A program made the position numbers and the translations under genes. A stretch of DNA of 64,000 nt, taken from assembly GCA_965207225.1 (NCBI GenBank), contig CBDBLV010000005.1:32001-96000 (forward strand). The letters are read 5' to 3'. This stretch comes from Dehalococcoidia bacterium. GTDB taxonomy: Bacteria; Chloroflexota; Dehalococcoidia; Plut-88900. How positions within the stretch are numbered: the stretch's first letter is position 1; the number at the start of each line of letters is the position of its first letter. The notes beneath the pieces are model-generated. The model was not told the DNA's origin. It ran no database searches and saw only the letters and a program-made list of their open reading frames with translations. Shown one piece after another: positions 23,735-33,691 of the stretch.

Positions 23735-24028
23735 ATGAAGACTGGCGTGTGCGTGATAAGGCTCCGACTGCCGGAGAACGGGTCCCTCAAGGGGAAGCGG
23801 CGGATAGTCAAGTCCCTGACGGCCCGGGCTCAGAACAAGTTCAACATCTCCATCGCCGAGGTGGACGACCTGGACCTTTGGCAAGCCGCTACCATCGGGT
23901 TCAGCTGCGTGGGCAACGACGCCACCTTCGTCAACGATGTCCTCTACCGTGTCTTGAGTTTCATAGAGGCCACCGCCCAGGACTCCGAGGTGCTGGACTA
24001 CCAGACCGAGCTCCTGGAGGTCTTCTAG
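23735..24028 (+). CDS. DUF503 (YlxP-like) protein
   Basis: SLKGKRRIVKSL...KFNISIAEV...DLWQ. Confidence 0.88.
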   Translation: MKTGVCVIRLRLPENGSLKGKRRIVKSLTARAQNKFNISIAEVDDLDLWQAATIGFSCVGNDATFVNDVLYRVLSFIEATAQDSEVLDYQTELLEVF

Positions 24029-24051
24029 CGCCCCCGACCCGGTGACAGCAG

Positions 24052-26340
24052 TTGGACTCCAGGGACGTACTATCCACCATCAGGCGCCATCCCGACTACG
24101 ACGGGCAGATAGTCCACGTCCAGTCGATCCCCAGGAAGCAGCCTTCTTTCAGGATTGAGCGCACGAAGCTCAAGCCCGCGTTGGAAAGAGCCCTTGAGGA
24201 GTTGGGGCTGGACAGGCTTTTCTCCCACCAGGCCCGAGCCCTTGAATTCCTGGCCGAAGGCTCCAACGTTATGGTCGCTACCCCCGCTGCCAGCGGCAAG
24301 AGCCTGGTCTATAACGCCGCCGTGTTGACCCGAATCCTGGAGGAGCGGGCATCGGCGGCGCTCTACATGTTCCCGACCAAGGCCCTCGCCCAGGACCAGT
24401 GGCGGGCATTGAAGGAACTGCTGGACGCCGACAAAGGCCTGGGAAAGATTAACGTCAGCACCTTCGATGGGGACACGCCGACCGAGGAACGGGGTCGGGT
24501 GCGGAGATCGGCACAGATAGTCCTCACCAACCCCGACATGCTCCACTTCGGCATCCTGCCCAACCACAAGAACTGGAGCCGCCTGCTCAGCAAGCTGAAG
24601 TACGTTGTCATCGACGAGGCTCACGTTTACAGGGGCGTCTTCGGGTCCCATGTGGCCAACATCCTCCGGCGACTCCAGAGGGTGTGCAAGCTGTACGGCT
24701 CCTCGCCACAGTTCATACTCTGCTCCGCTACCATTGCGAACCCTAAGCAACATGCCGAGACCCTGGTTGGGCGGCCTTTTGAGGTTGTGTCGGAGGACGG
24801 GTCGCCCAGCGGGCACAAGACCTTCACCTTCTGGAACCCCCCGATCATCGACGAGGCCCGCAGCATCCGCCGCAGCGCCACCACCGAGGCCACTTTCCTC
24901 TTCACCAAGCTCGTGGCCCGGGGGGTGAGAACGCTGGCTTTCGCCCGCACTCGACGCGTGGCCGAGCTTATCTACATGTACTCCCGGGAGAGCTTTGACC
25001 TGACCATCCCAGAGCTGAGCCGGCGCATCAGCCCCTACCGGGCGGGCTACCTAGCCGAGGACCGGCGCCGCATCGAACGCGGTCTTATAGACGGTGAGCT
25101 TCTCGGGGTCTGTGCCACCAACGCCCTGGAGTTGGGCGTCGACATCGGGGACCTGGACGCTACTATTCTGACGGGATACCCGGGCACCATCGCCAGCGCG
25201 TGGCAGCAGGCGGGACGGAGCGGGCGGCGGGGGGAGGGGTCTCTTACGGTGATGATTGGTCAGGCCAACCCGCTGGACCAGTATTTCATGCGCAACCCCT
25301 CGGACTTCTTCGACAAGGCCCATGAGCATGCTTTGGTGTCACCATCCAACCCCTACATCCTGGAACCGCACCTGCTTTGCGCCGCCTACGAATGGCCCCT
25401 GGCCAACCTTGACCTCAAGCTGTTCGGGGAGGGGATGAAGGAGATTGTAGAGCGGCTGGAAGCCGAGGGTGCGCTGAGGGAGATGAGGGGTCGGTGGCAC
25501 GTATCCCCGGAGATCGACTACCCCGCCGAGGGAGTCAACATCCGCTCGGCGTCCAGGAGCAACTACCAGGTGGTGGTCGAGGGCACGGGCCGGGTCATCG
25601 AAACCGTGGACGAAGCCACCGCTTTCTCCCAGGTCCACCCGGGCGCCGTTTACCTTCACCAGGGGGAGTCGTTCCTGGTCACTGACCTCAACCTGGATAC
25701 AGGTCTCGCCTTCGCCCGGCCCACGGACGTCGACTACTACACCCAGACCAACCACACCACGGACATCCGCATAGTCCAGGTGGAAGAGGAGAAGCGGGCG
25801 GCAGGGGTGGGGGTGTACCGGGGATGGGTGGAGGTCTCCAATACCATCTGGGGCTTCAAGAAAAAGAAGCGCATCACCGAGGAGTTTCTGGACGAGGAGA
25901 TACTGGACCTGCCCTCGCAGGTCTACCACACGCAGGCTCTCTGGTTCGACATCCCTCAGTCTGCCCAGGACCGGATCATGAACGACCACGTCGACTTTCC
26001 CGGCGGACTCCATGCCGCCGAGCACGCAGCCATCGGCCTGCTCCCGATGTTCGCTATGTGCGACCGCGCCGACATCGGAGGACTCTCTACGCCCATGCAC
26101 ATGGACACGGGCCGACCCCAGATCTTCATCTACGATGGCCACCCCGGCGGCGTCGGGATCACGGAGAAGGGCTTCGAACTCATCCGGGAGCTCTGGCGGG
26201 CCACCCTGGACACCCTGGAAGGCTGCCCCTGCGAATACGGCTGCCCCAGCTGCATCCAGTCTCCGAAATGCGGCAACAACAACGAGCCCCTGGACAAGAC
26301 CGCCGCCCGCTACATTCTCGAGGCCCTGCTGGCGGAATGA
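24052..26340 (+). CDS. DEAH-box helicase with DUF1998 (Hrq1/MrfA/SftH-like)
   Basis: ASGKSL, TNPDMLH, DEAH, SAT, QAGRSGR, C-terminal CPCEYGCPSC. Confidence 0.93.
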   Translation: MDSRDVLSTIRRHPDYDGQIVHVQSIPRKQPSFRIERTKLKPALERALEELGLDRLFSHQARALEFLAEGSNVMVATPAASGKSLVYNAAVLTRILEERASAALYMFPTKALAQDQWRALKELLDADKGLGKINVSTFDGDTPTEERGRVRRSAQIVLTNPDMLHFGILPNHKNWSRLLSKLKYVVIDEAHVYRGVFGSHVANILRRLQRVCKLYGSSPQFILCSATIANPKQHAETLVGRPFEVVSEDGSPSGHKTFTFWNPPIIDEARSIRRSATTEATFLFTKLVARGVRTLAFARTRRVAELIYMYSRESFDLTIPELSRRISPYRAGYLAEDRRRIERGLIDGELLGVCATNALELGVDIGDLDATILTGYPGTIASAWQQAGRSGRRGEGSLTVMIGQANPLDQYFMRNPSDFFDKAHEHALVSPSNPYILEPHLLCAAYEWPLANLDLKLFGEGMKEIVERLEAEGALREMRGRWHVSPEIDYPAEGVNIRSASRSNYQVVVEGTGRVIETVDEATAFSQVHPGAVYLHQGESFLVTDLNLDTGLAFARPTDVDYYTQTNHTTDIRIVQVEEEKRAAGVGVYRGWVEVSNTIWGFKKKKRITEEFLDEEILDLPSQVYHTQALWFDIPQSAQDRIMNDHVDFPGGLHAAEHAAIGLLPMFAMCDRADIGGLSTPMHMDTGRPQIFIYDGHPGGVGITEKGFELIRELWRATLDTLEGCPCEYGCPSCIQSPKCGNNNEPLDKTAARYILEALLAE

Positions 26341-26343
26341 GAC

Positions 26344-27108
26344 ATGAAGGTTAGGATTCTTGGGGCGCACCAGCTCGAGACCCGGGACACGAGACTGACC
26401 TCGTTCCTGGTCGACGGCGTTCTGGCCATGGATGCCGGTAGCCTGACCTCGGGGCTGACACTGGCGGAACAGGAGTCTGTGAAGGCTATACTGATAACCC
26501 ACCACCACTTTGACCACTGCCGGGACCTGCTCACCTTCGGCCTGAACACCCGGGGCAGCACCACTGATGTCTACGCCTGCCCCGAGGTGCTGGAAAGCCT
26601 TTCGGCAAACCTCGTGAACGGGGCCATCTACCCCGACCACACCCTCTCTCCCGCGGACTGCCCATCGTTGCGATTCAATCCACTCATGCCCGGAGAAGAG
26701 AACAGAATCGGAAGCTATTGCGTGTTGCCTATGCGCGTACCCCACGGCCCCCCGACTTACGGCTTCCAGGTAACGGGCCCCGAAGGTCGGCGCTTCTTCT
26801 ACAGCGGGGACACGGGGCCCGGGTTTTCGCAAGGGTGGAGAGCTATTTCGCCGGACTTAGCCTTCATAGAGACCTCGTACCCCGACCGCATGGAAGACGA
26901 CGCCCGCTCTCGGGGCCATCTGACCCCGTCCCTCCTCGCCGCCGACTTGGATACAATCAGGCGAGAGTGTGGTGGACTCCCCAGGATTTGGGCCGTGCAT
27001 CTCAACCCCCGCTACCAAGAAGAGATCAAGGAAGACCTCGCGGCTGTGTCTCGGGAGTTGGGAATCGAGATAAAGGCCGCCTTCGAAGGGTTGGAGTTGG
27101 AGGTCTAG
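26344..27108 (+). CDS. MBL-fold hydrolase (cyclic-nucleotide phosphodiesterase-like)
   Basis: DAGSLTSGL, THHHFDH, YSGDTGP, GHLTP. Confidence 0.8.
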   Translation: MKVRILGAHQLETRDTRLTSFLVDGVLAMDAGSLTSGLTLAEQESVKAILITHHHFDHCRDLLTFGLNTRGSTTDVYACPEVLESLSANLVNGAIYPDHTLSPADCPSLRFNPLMPGEENRIGSYCVLPMRVPHGPPTYGFQVTGPEGRRFFYSGDTGPGFSQGWRAISPDLAFIETSYPDRMEDDARSRGHLTPSLLAADLDTIRRECGGLPRIWAVHLNPRYQEEIKEDLAAVSRELGIEIKAAFEGLELEV

Positions 27109-28236
27109 ATGGCAAATAGAAAGGGTGCATTCGTCTACCGGGACGCAATGTCGAGGCACGTGCTCCGGGACGACCACGTCTTCAAACCCGTGCGTCTGCG
27201 CTACACCTACGAGCTGCTGGATGATTTCCGGGCTTTCGAGGTAGAGAACGGCCGGCTGGTCGACCCCCGGCACGCCACCGACGAAGAGGTCCAGACCTTC
27301 CACACCCCCGACTACGCCGCAGCAGTCAAGTCTTTCAGCGAAGGCCGATTGCTGGTCGACCCGGGCCGCTACAACTTCAGCCAGTACGGCGACAACCCGA
27401 CATATCCCGGAATGTACGATGCAGCGACCCTGGTGGTCGGCGGGTCCCTGCTGGCGGCAGACATGATTGTCGATGGCGAGGTAGATGCCGCCTTCAATCC
27501 AGGCGGTGGCCTGCACCACGCCGCTGCCGGCTTCACGTCGGGCTTCTGCGTTTTCAACGACGCCGTGATAGCCATCAAGCGGATGGTCGAGCGGGGCATG
27601 AAGGTGGCCTACGTCGACATCGACGTCCATCACGGCGACGGCGTCCAAAACGCCTTCTACGACACAGACGCCGTGCTAACAATCTCAGTCCACGAATCCG
27701 GGCGGTTCATCTTTCCCGGCACCGGTTATCCCAACGAAACGGGTACGGGGTCGGGTACGGGTTACGCCGTCAACCTCCCCCTCGCCCCCTACACGGATGA
27801 CGAAATCTACCACGAAGCCTTCGACCAGATTGTTCCGCCCCTGGTCCATGCCTTCGCCCCCGACGTCATTGTCACTCAGCTCGGCATCGACACCTACCAC
27901 TCCGACATCCTCGGCCACCTGTACATAACCACGGAGGGCTTTACTACCGCCGTCCGGAAGCTGTCGGGGATGGCCGACCGGTGGCTGGCCCTCGGGGGAG
28001 GGGGATATGATGTGGAAGCCGTGGCCCGATGCTGGGCCCTGGCCTACGGGGTGATGCTGCAACATGAATGGCCCGACGAGACGCCCGCCTCCTACAGGGA
28101 GAGATCAGGGATCGAGACCCTGAGGGATGCCTCAGGGCCCAGGCTGGAAGAAGGAGACAGGGACAAGATAAGGGAGTTCGCCCAACGCAGTGTGGAGGAG
28201 GTGAAGAAGGAGGTGTTCGGGTATCATCGCGTGTAG
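27109..28236 (+). CDS. acuC: AcuC/histone deacetylase family protein
   Basis: GGGLHHA, GFCVFND, DIDVHHGDGVQ, LGGGGY. Confidence 0.88.
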   Translation: MANRKGAFVYRDAMSRHVLRDDHVFKPVRLRYTYELLDDFRAFEVENGRLVDPRHATDEEVQTFHTPDYAAAVKSFSEGRLLVDPGRYNFSQYGDNPTYPGMYDAATLVVGGSLLAADMIVDGEVDAAFNPGGGLHHAAAGFTSGFCVFNDAVIAIKRMVERGMKVAYVDIDVHHGDGVQNAFYDTDAVLTISVHESGRFIFPGTGYPNETGTGSGTGYAVNLPLAPYTDDEIYHEAFDQIVPPLVHAFAPDVIVTQLGIDTYHSDILGHLYITTEGFTTAVRKLSGMADRWLALGGGGYDVEAVARCWALAYGVMLQHEWPDETPASYRERSGIETLRDASGPRLEEGDRDKIREFAQRSVEEVKKEVFGYHRV

Positions 28237-28254
28237 CACAGATTTGGAAATGCA

Positions 28255-29175
28255 ATGACAAACGTGAAATTTGGGCCCTTATACAGCCGGATACATGAGC
28301 TGGTTGGCATCAAGGAGTTCGCAGATACCACGGTGCAGATGGGCTTCGACGCCATCTGGGTCCCCGACACCCTGATCACCCGCGAGCACGCCCTGGACTG
28401 GACTCCCGTAGTCGGGGCTTTCGCCGAGCACACCAAGGACATCATGCTGGGCACCTGCGTTGTCGTAGTGCCCCTCAGGTACCCGGCTATCCTTGCCAAG
28501 CAGGTCGCAACTATCGACTACCTCTCCGGCGGAAGGTTAGTGCTCGGTGTCGGCGCAGGTCCGAGGACCAACCGCAATCTCGAGGCTACGGGTGTCGACC
28601 CCCGGGAGCGCGGCGCCCGCACCGACGAGGCCCTGGAGATATTGAAGGGCCTCTGGTCCGACGAGCCCTTCACCCACAAGGGCCGTTTCTACGATTTCGA
28701 GGATATGTACATGGAACCCAAGCCCGTGCAGAGGCCGGGCCCCCCCATTTGGGTCGGTGGGCATTCGGAAGGGGCACTGCGGAGGACCGGACGCTTCGGA
28801 GACGGGTTCATGCCGACATCTATTACGGCAGCGACCTATGCTCGTGCTGTAGTCAAAATCGAGCGTTACGCCGAAGAGTTCGGCCGGGACCCGAGTAGCA
28901 TCGTCCGCTCCATGCACCTGTCATTCAGGGTCGGGGACAGCGAGGCAGAGGCTTCCGCCCAGGCCTCGGAGGACATGACCAACAGGATGGGCAGACCAGT
29001 CAAGATACTGCCTCAAGATAGCGCCGTCGGGACGGTTGACGACTGCCTCCGGTCTTTGGAGCGCTTTATGTCCTGCGGCATTGAGCACATCGTCGTAAAC
29101 CCCATATGCAAGAGACCCGAGTTCATGGGCCAGATGGAGCTGTTCGCCACCCAAGTCATGCCCAGGTTCCAATAA
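28255..29175 (+). CDS. LLM class flavin-dependent oxidoreductase
   Basis: GFDAIW, ATIDYLSGGRLVLGVG, PKPVQRPGPPIWVGG. Confidence 0.92.
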   Translation: MTNVKFGPLYSRIHELVGIKEFADTTVQMGFDAIWVPDTLITREHALDWTPVVGAFAEHTKDIMLGTCVVVVPLRYPAILAKQVATIDYLSGGRLVLGVGAGPRTNRNLEATGVDPRERGARTDEALEILKGLWSDEPFTHKGRFYDFEDMYMEPKPVQRPGPPIWVGGHSEGALRRTGRFGDGFMPTSITAATYARAVVKIERYAEEFGRDPSSIVRSMHLSFRVGDSEAEASAQASEDMTNRMGRPVKILPQDSAVGTVDDCLRSLERFMSCGIEHIVVNPICKRPEFMGQMELFATQVMPRFQ

Positions 29176-29208
29176 GCACCCTCGAAAATGAATTTCAGGA
29201 GCGATTAA

Positions 29209-30141
29209 ATGCCCGACCCCAAGTTCGGCGTCATATACAGCAGGCTGCACCCCGTGGTTCCCATCCCCGAGTTCGCCCGGACGATTGAAGACTCCGGTTA
29301 CGACTCCCTGTGGGTCACCGAGGGCCTGGTCAACGAGATGCCCGCCCTGGACATCATCTTGGCCCTGGGTGCATTCGTGCAGCATACCCAAGGCATTACT
29401 GTCGGGACCTGCGTGGTCATTGCGCCCTTAAGGAACCCCGCCATCCTTGCCAAGGAGACCGCAACCCTCGACTTCCTCTCCGGGGGTCGAGTGGTGCTGG
29501 GGGTGGGAGTTGGAGGCTCCTCCAACTCCCGGTCCGATGCCTTCGACGTTTGCGGTGTCGATCCACGCCAGCGCGGCGCCATCACCGACGAAATGTTGGA
29601 GATCATGACCAAGCTCTGGACCGCCCGACCCGTCAGCCACGAGGGCAGGTTCCACTCCTTCGAAGACATAGAGATGGGCCCGGCGCCCGTCCAGAAGCCC
29701 CACCCTCCCCTCTGGGCCGGAGGTGAGGCCGAAGGTGTATTGCGCAGGGCGGCCAAATGGTGCCAGGGCTTCGTTCCTAGTAACCCGGGGGTGGAGGAGT
29801 ACGCGCGGCTTTGGGGTCGGATAGAGGGTTACGCCGACAAGTACGGCACCGATGCCTCCAGGATAACCCGGGCGGTGCACCTTTACTTCGCCATGGGTGA
29901 GAGTCGAGAGGAAGCGCGGGAGACGGTGAGGGCCACACTGGCGGAACGGTACGGTTACGAGCCGTATCTCCCCGACCCCCGCGCCATACTAATAGGCACC
30001 CCCGACGACTGCGCCCAGACCATCGAGGACCACATGAAGATTGGCATAACCCACTTCGTCCTCAACTGCGCAAGACCCCTCCCGGAGGTAAAGGGAGACT
30101 ACGAACGCTTCGCTGAGACGGTCTTGCCTCGGTTCAGGTAA
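29209..30141 (+). CDS. LLM class flavin-dependent oxidoreductase (tandem paralog)
   Basis: ATLDFLSGGRVVLGVG, PVQKPHPPLWAGG. Confidence 0.92.
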   Translation: MPDPKFGVIYSRLHPVVPIPEFARTIEDSGYDSLWVTEGLVNEMPALDIILALGAFVQHTQGITVGTCVVIAPLRNPAILAKETATLDFLSGGRVVLGVGVGGSSNSRSDAFDVCGVDPRQRGAITDEMLEIMTKLWTARPVSHEGRFHSFEDIEMGPAPVQKPHPPLWAGGEAEGVLRRAAKWCQGFVPSNPGVEEYARLWGRIEGYADKYGTDASRITRAVHLYFAMGESREEARETVRATLAERYGYEPYLPDPRAILIGTPDDCAQTIEDHMKIGITHFVLNCARPLPEVKGDYERFAETVLPRFR

Positions 30142-30144
30142 ACG

Positions 30145-32613
30145 CTACTTCTCAGTAGCCACCCAGATCCTTTGGCCATCCGTCTCCACATGGATAGCCC
30201 CGACCTCCGCCGTGATCAGGATGCGGCCCGGTGGCACCCGACTCGCCAGCGTGGCAAGGGTCTCGGGGTGGGGATGACCGTAGCGGTTGTCGGCCCCCGA
30301 GGATATGAGAACAAGGCCCGGGTCTACGGCTGCTATGAACTCGGGGGTGGAGGAGGAGTTGCTGCCGTGATGGGGCGTGGTCATGACGGTGCTGTCCAGG
30401 GGAGCGCCTTGTCTTAACAGGTAACTTTCGGAGAAGGCCTCAATGTCCCCTGTAAACAGGAAGCTCGTCTCCCCGTACTCCAGCCTGAATACCACCGAAT
30501 TGTTGTTGGCGTGGGCGTCCGTCCCGACCAGGGGTCGGGGTGGTGGGTGGAGGATGTGTAGTCCGAGTTCTTCTCCGACCAGCACCCGGGTCCCGACCCG
30601 TGCTTCCAGCGGGGTAATGTCTTGTCGGCTTAGGAGAGCCTCCCACGCCCGGTAGTCGGCCTCGTTACCCGGTGTAGTGCAGTTAACACCGCACTGGATG
30701 ACGCTCCCGACCTCGTACCTCTCCATCAGCCCGGCTAGCCCCGAAAGATGGTCGGTGTCAGGGTGAGTGAGAACGACGAGATCAATTTTGCGATGCCAGG
30801 GGGGCAGATGCTGGCCAAGCTCCAGGATGAGGGTGTCGGGGTCCGGACCACCATCCACCAGCATGGTCACAGGGCCCGGGGCCTGGATGAGGAACGAATC
30901 GCCTTGGCCCACGTCCAGGACAGTGACCTTCAGCCTTTTATCCGTGGAAACGCCGGAGAATATGAAGAAGGCGCCTAGAAGTATGGTCGCCGACAGCAAT
31001 AGAGCCGATCTTGGGCCCAGCAAGACCGAGACCTTGGGCCTTGGCACGCTGCGAAGGCTCGGGAACTCCGGAAGGTCCGAGCGGTGGAGGGCCTTGGGCC
31101 AACGTCGTCGGGCCCACCACAGGAGCCCGAGCCAGAGGGCATAGTAGAGAAGAGAGAGGTAGGGGGCTATCGGTCCGGCGTCCACAGTCAGGCCCGGGAC
31201 CCGGGCAAAGAGCCCGATCACCGCCGTCATCCACATCAGCCACGGCCATGCAATCCACGATAGCACCTGCCCCGCCGCCTCCGACACCATCCCCCCCACC
31301 CCGACCACAAAGGCGGAAACTAGGGCCGGAGGCATAACCGGTAGGACCAGCAAGGTCGCGGGCAGGCCCACGGGAGAAAGAAATTGGAAGTTAACGGCAA
31401 CAACGGGCAGAGTGGCCAGAATTGCGGCCAGGGAAATAGCAGTGGCTTCTACGAAGAACTTGACGACGACTCCTGCTAGTCCCTCGGGCTCCCAGTGCCG
31501 GGCCACTAGCTTCAGGCCCCCGGCCCGGAACCAGGGCCCGAGAAGCAACAGGCCCGCCATGGCCAGGAAGCTGAGCTGAAAGGAAAGTTCTGCCAGGAGG
31601 TCGGGGTCGATGACGACCATGACGGCCGCGGCGGCGGAGAGCGCCGTCAGGCCGCTTCGCTGCCTTCCAAGGTAGATCGCCCACAGGTATAGGGTTGCCA
31701 TGATCGCTGCCCGGGCCACGGGCGGCGAGAACCCCGTCAGCAGGGCGTAGGCCCACACAAAGACCAGGGGGGCAATGATATATAGCTGCCTCCTCCTGCC
31801 GAGGACCGTCGCGCTTCCCAGGCTCACCAGCCCCACCAGGATTCCCACGTGCAGCCCCGAGATTGCTACCAGGTGCGTCGTCCCGGTCTGAGCCAGGTCG
31901 TCCCTCAGTTCGGAGGGCAGCCCGCTCCGAATTCCCAGCAGAAGGGCCTGTGACAGGGAGGCATGGGGCTCGGGGAGCGACTCGCCGAGCGATCCGGCCA
32001 TCTCGGCACGCAAGCGATAGAGCCATTGGAGCACCGGCGAGCCGTGCCCGCTCCCGGCCATCTCGACCTCCGGCCCAAACATCACGTAATGCACCCCTTC
32101 CCGTGCCAGGTGTTCCCGCCAGTCGAAATCTTCGAACGCAGGAGGCTCGGTGAGGGCACCTGTGAGGATCAGTGAGTCGCCGTAGCGGAAGAAGGGCGGG
32201 GCCCGACCCCCAATCATCGGGGCGGTAGGCTTGGCCATGACCAGGAGAAGGCCGCTGGACTCGCCCCACGTCTCACCGCTGCGGTAGCCGTGAATTGCAA
32301 AGCGGAACCGGGTGAGGCCGCCCTGGGTCTCGGGGTACTCTTCGATAACACCGATTATCTCTACTGTTTCAAGTCGGGAGAGGGCTTCCAGGTGTTTGGG
32401 AGGTCCTGAAACGGGAAAGGCAGCCCCCCGCCCTGCCCCTAACAGCAATGCGGCAAGTATGAACAGGTAGATTGCTTTGGGGTGCTTTCTTAGAAGAAGA
32501 CCCCCGAGAACAGTGAGGCCCGCGGCAATGAAGAACGGCCACGGGAGCAGGTCCAGTTCAGACCCGGCAAATATACCGACAACCAGGGCCCCGCTGATGT
32601 AGACGAGGGTCAT
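30145..32613 (-). CDS. comEC: DNA uptake protein ComEC/Rec2
   Basis: HLVAISGLH, SFQLSF, DVGQGD, THPDTDH, PHHGS, YGHP. Confidence 0.95.
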   Translation of the reverse strand: MTLVYISGALVVGIFAGSELDLLPWPFFIAAGLTVLGGLLLRKHPKAIYLFILAALLLGAGRGAAFPVSGPPKHLEALSRLETVEIIGVIEEYPETQGGLTRFRFAIHGYRSGETWGESSGLLLVMAKPTAPMIGGRAPPFFRYGDSLILTGALTEPPAFEDFDWREHLAREGVHYVMFGPEVEMAGSGHGSPVLQWLYRLRAEMAGSLGESLPEPHASLSQALLLGIRSGLPSELRDDLAQTGTTHLVAISGLHVGILVGLVSLGSATVLGRRRQLYIIAPLVFVWAYALLTGFSPPVARAAIMATLYLWAIYLGRQRSGLTALSAAAAVMVVIDPDLLAELSFQLSFLAMAGLLLLGPWFRAGGLKLVARHWEPEGLAGVVVKFFVEATAISLAAILATLPVVAVNFQFLSPVGLPATLLVLPVMPPALVSAFVVGVGGMVSEAAGQVLSWIAWPWLMWMTAVIGLFARVPGLTVDAGPIAPYLSLLYYALWLGLLWWARRRWPKALHRSDLPEFPSLRSVPRPKVSVLLGPRSALLLSATILLGAFFIFSGVSTDKRLKVTVLDVGQGDSFLIQAPGPVTMLVDGGPDPDTLILELGQHLPPWHRKIDLVVLTHPDTDHLSGLAGLMERYEVGSVIQCGVNCTTPGNEADYRAWEALLSRQDITPLEARVGTRVLVGEELGLHILHPPPRPLVGTDAHANNNSVVFRLEYGETSFLFTGDIEAFSESYLLRQGAPLDSTVMTTPHHGSNSSSTPEFIAAVDPGLVLISSGADNRYGHPHPETLATLASRVPPGRILITAEVGAIHVETDGQRIWVATEK

Positions 32614-32642
32614 TTACGCCCTGGTTCTCCACTTGGTAACCT

Positions 32643-33260
32643 TCAACGCACCGTTACCAGGTCCTGGAGCGATTCGAAGGTCTTCTCGCCTATCCCAGAG
32701 ACTTCAACCAGGTCTTCGATTCGCGTGAATGGACCGTTTGAAAGCCTGTACTCTATGATCGACTCTGCCTTCGCCGGCCCGATGCCCGGCAACGTCTGAA
32801 GCTCCTCGGAGGAAGCGGAGTTAAGGTTGATTAGCCCACTAGAGGTTGTTCCCGACTGCGAGCCAGCTGCAGGCAAGTCGGGAGTAGGGGGCAAAGGGAG
32901 GACGTGGATATGATCGCCGTCAGAGAGGGTGAGGGCTCCGTTCACGCTGGATCGGTCCGCATCCTCCGTAAAACCGCCTGCCGCTTTAACCGCTTCATGG
33001 AGCCGTCTCTGACCCGCCTCAAGGGTATACAGGTCCGGGCTGACAACTTCACCCGTAACGTAAACGACGATTTCAGAGGGTGCGGTAGGCGACGGCAGAA
33101 CTATCTGCAGGGAGCCCGTGTCCCGGCACGCCATTGAGGCCGAGACAAGAACAAGGGAGGTGAGAATTAAGAAATGAAGCAGCCGGACTGCAGACAGTTG
33201 GATAAGCTCCAGTAGAAAGTGTACGGCATATAATATATGAATGTGCTCCCATAGCGTCAA
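32643..33260 (-). CDS. comEA: ComEA DNA-binding protein (SLBB plus HhH); true start may be downstream
   Basis: VYVTGEV...AGG, INLNSAS...LPGIGPAKA...GIGEKT. Confidence 0.88.
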   Translation of the reverse strand: MTLWEHIHILYAVHFLLELIQLSAVRLLHFLILTSLVLVSASMACRDTGSLQIVLPSPTAPSEIVVYVTGEVVSPDLYTLEAGQRRLHEAVKAAGGFTEDADRSSVNGALTLSDGDHIHVLPLPPTPDLPAAGSQSGTTSSGLINLNSASSEELQTLPGIGPAKAESIIEYRLSNGPFTRIEDLVEVSGIGEKTFESLQDLVTVR

Positions 33261-33358
33261 CTATAACCCTGTGGTAGCATAATCGCCCGGCAAATGGACC
33301 GGGCCTGCGGTAGATCTTCGCAGGCAATTCGTACACCCCCCACCCCGCCCTCCCCTTT

Positions 33359-33670
33359 CGTCATTCCTGCCTCCGCAGGCATCCATCCCTTTCCAATTCG
33401 TCATTCCCGACCCCGATCGGGAATCCATCCCCGGGCGTGGGGCCGCTCACCCTGAGACGACTCGAAGGGTCGAGCGGGGGGGGGGGAGACCTCCGACTAT
33501 CCTTCCGTTCGCCCTGAGCGACGAGTCGAAGGGTCGACCGAACGGAACGGGCAGGGCTCCCAGTCCTCTCTCCTCGACGGGAGAGTGCTAGAGCCTGCCC
33601 CGAGTCCCTCGAGAGAGTAAGGGTGACTCCCTTCCCCCGGACGGGCCGCTCACCCTAAGCGGCCTGTAGG
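33359..33670. repeat. Cluster of REP-like palindromic repeats
   Basis: Two GTCATTCC..ATCCATCCC units, CGCTCACCCTGAG/CGTTCGCCCTGAG..TCGAAGGGTCGA units; related units at ~3820 and ~41930. Confidence 0.7.
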
Positions 33671-33691
33671 ACCGGGTTGAGCATCCACTGA

